A stretch of 64,000 nucleotides of DNA from a virus, in IMG/VR virus record IMGVR_UViG_3300017778_004456, positions 11,996 through 75,995 of that record, one strand, 5' to 3'. The notes beneath the pieces were generated by a model, which did not search any database, was not told the origin of the DNA, and saw only the letters and a list, made by a program, of their open reading frames with translations. This document shows, piece after piece, positions 62,066 through 64,000 of this stretch. Every line of letters begins with the position of its first letter. Positions within the stretch are counted from its first letter, which is position 1. The position numbers were made by a program, and so were the translations under genes.

Positions 62066-64000
62066 ATGAAGCTCCTAACTAGACTGCTAGGAAGCGGCTC
62101 CCGATACGCTCTGTATCAGGCGGGACGTCAGGGTACTCCTGATCCCAAGATCCCTTACCTACCTATAGAGATAATACCGACGACGCCGATTGTCGGTACG
62201 GCCAACATCACTGTTGGAGCAATCACCTCTACAGCGACCAGCGTTCTAACTAATAGTACTGTTGATGGTACCGCTAACGTCACTCTAGGAGCTGTCACTT
62301 CTACAGCGACCGGCGTTCTACCTATCGCTGGTGTCGCCAGTCCTACACTCGGTGCGATTACTGCCACAGGCGGTCCGAGAGTACCGACTGTGGAGAGCGT
62401 CACGCGCGGCAACAGCAACGTGGACGTGTCTTCTACGAGCGTTACGCTTCCCGCGACGATCAATGCGAATGACGTACTGATTGCTCTGTTTGTAAATGAC
62501 GGCACCGCAACGGTCACATGGGACAACGCGACCGCTGGAACGTGGACGCAACTCTTTACGACCGCCAACATCTCAGTGCGCCTGTCGGCCTTCTGGAAAG
62601 TGGCGACGGGTACTGAAGACGGGGCGGTTCTAAGTATCGGTACGTCTGCCGCCGAACGCTCGGCTTGGCATATCTACCGAATTTCAGGCGGGCAGAGTGT
62701 ACAGGCTGGCACGTCTGCGACTGCCTCAAACACGTCCGCCAACCCTCCCAGCCTTACACCTTCGTGGGGAAGCGCACAGACGCTTTGGCTTCCTGTGTTC
62801 GGCGCGGACCTAAACGCGACCGACCCGAACGGTGGCCCCGCGAACTACACTGCCACCGCAATCTACGATGAGGCGAACAATGTAAACGGCGTTGGGATCG
62901 GGTCGGCTTACCGCGTTAACACCGCAGCATCGGAAGACCCTGCCGCGTGGGCTCTCAACGATAACCCGGAAACTGTCGCCAACACGCTTGCCGTCCGGCC
63001 CGCCACAGTCACAGGTGCTACGTCCACACTAAGCATCTCAGGCACTTCTAACTCTACTCTCGGCTCCTTTACTACGACGGCAACTAGCACCCTCGACATT
63101 ACAGGGGCGGCTAGCTTGACTCTCGGAAACGTCACTAGTGTGGCGACTTCGACAATTTCGGGATCACTGGTTGCGAATGACCTGACGTCAGATTCCTTTG
63201 TCGGATCGCCTGCTGTCTCGCAGAACCACTCGCTGACTGCTAACGGCCTGACGTCAAATTCCTCTGTCGGATCTCCTACTGCCTCAGTAGCCTCGAATCT
63301 GACTGCTAACGGCCTGACGTCAGAATCCTCTGTCGGATCGCCTGCCGTCTCGCAGAACCATTCTCTGACTGCTAACGGCCTGACGTCAGAATCCTCTGTC
63401 GGATCGCCTGCCGTCTCGCAGAACCATTCTCTGACTGCTAACGGCCTGACGTCAGCGTCCTCTGTTGGATCGCCTGCCGTCTCGCAGAACCATTCTCTGA
63501 CTGCTAACGGCCTGACGTCAGAATCCTCTGTTGGATCGCCTGCCGTCTCGCAGAACCACTCTCTGACTGCTAACGGCCTGACTTCGGCCTCCTCCGTTGG
63601 ATCTCCCACTCTCGTTGTGACTGGGAATCTGGCTGCCAACGATCTAACGATGGCCTCCTTCGTTGGATCTCCTGCCGTCTCGCAGAACCATTCTCTGACT
63701 GCTGACGGTCTGACTTCGGCTTCCGTTGTCGGATCTCCTGCCGTCTCGCAGAACCACTCTCTGACTGCTAACGGCCTGACGTCAGATTCCTCTGTCGGAT
63801 CTCCGAGTGCCTCAATAGCTTCGAATCTGACTGCTAACGGCCTGACTTCGGCTTCCGTTGTTGGATCGCCTGCTGTCTCGCAGAACCATTCTCTGACTGC
63901 TAACGGCCTGACTTCGGCTTCCGTTGTTGGATCGCCTGCTGTCTCGCAGAACCATTCTCTGACTGCTAACGGCCTGACGTCGGCTTCCTTTGTTGGATCG
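62066..64000 (+). CDS. Long fibre-like protein with 22-aa repeats; 3' truncated and absent from the ORF track
   Basis: ATG 62066 after GAGG (MKLLTRLLGSGSRY...). Translated by eye in the N-terminal part and the repeats with no stop seen; Thr/Ser/Ala/Gly-rich. Confidence 0.8.
   Translation, partial: MKLLTRLLGSGSRYALYQAGRQGTPDPKIPYLPIEIIPTTPIVGTANITVGAITSTATSVLTNSTVDGTANVTLGAVTSTATGVLPIAGVASPTLGAITATGGPRVPTVESVTRGNSNVDVSSTSVTLPATINANDVLIALFVNDGTATVTWDNATAGTWTQLFTTANISVRLSAFWKVATGTEDGAVLSIGTSAAERSAWHIYRISGGQSVQAGTSATASNTSANPPSLTPSWGSAQTLWLPVFGADLNATDPNGGPANYTATAIYDEANNVNGVGIGSAYRVNTAASEDPAAWALNDNPETVANTLAVRPATVTGATSTLSISGTSNSTLGSFTTTATSTLDITGAASLTLGNVTSVATSTISGSLVANDLTSDSFVGSPAVSQNHSLTANGLTSNSSVGSPTASVASNLTANGLTSESSVGSPAVSQNHSLTANGLTSESSVGSPAVSQNHSLTANGLTSASSVGSPAVSQNHSLTANGLTSESSVGSPAVSQNHSLTANGLTSASSVGSPTLVVTGNLAANDLTMASFVGSPAVSQNHSLTADGLTSASVVGSPAVSQNHSLTANGLTSDSSVGSPSASIASNLTANGLTSASVVGSPAVSQNHSLTANGLTSASVVGSPAVSQNHSLTANGLTSASFVGS
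63167..64000 (+). repeat. 66-bp coding tandem repeat, at least 12 copies (LTANGLTSESSVGSPAVSQNHS)
   Basis: Unit ctgactgctaacggcctgacgtcagaatcctctgtcggatcgcctgccgtctcgcagaaccattct, with variants. Confidence 0.95.

Noticed and set aside
63167-64000. CRISPR array or non-coding satellite
   Set aside because: The 66-bp period is in frame within an open ORF, and whole units repeat without unique spacers.
1-64000. Prophage boundaries, integrase, tRNA genes, reverse transcriptase/DGR
   Set aside because: No host genes, recombinase motifs, cloverleaf sequences or RT motifs were recognised by eye; a tRNA/ncRNA scan was not run.

Overview
This window is a 64-kb segment of a tailed dsDNA phage genome (siphovirus-like, YuA/M6-style replication module). 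The host is probably an alphaproteobacterium, by inference only. In order it holds: the end of a giant tail-tip/fibre gene, an NlpC/P60 gene and a holin (0-7 kb); a replication and DNA-modification block (7-25.6 kb) with SNF2 helicase, SSB-like protein, aGPT-PPlase/amino acid:DNA transferase, GT-A glycosyltransferase, thymidylate-synthase-family hydroxymethylase, HD hydrolase, DUF3310, Pol A, dCMP deaminase, FEN, two glycosylase-like genes, Dda-like helicase, DnaQ, terminase and class II RNR; ligase, primase-helicase and endolysin among many small accessory genes (26-56 kb); then portal, scaffold and repeat-rich structural genes (56.5-64 kb). No integrase, tRNA or CRISPR was seen. The most striking signal is a 920-bp stretch (51811-52730) holding a complete promoter-gene-terminator unit with no GA and only one TC dinucleotide, in a genome otherwise full of GA/TC. 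Many promoter regions are also GA/TC-poor, and six U-less hairpins are each followed 18-21 nt later by a GANTC-TTAA-GANTC palindrome. Together with the thymine-hypermodification genes, this suggests a phage whose regulatory sequence is shaped around a dinucleotide-specific modified base. All calls come from reading motifs by eye; no database searches were run.
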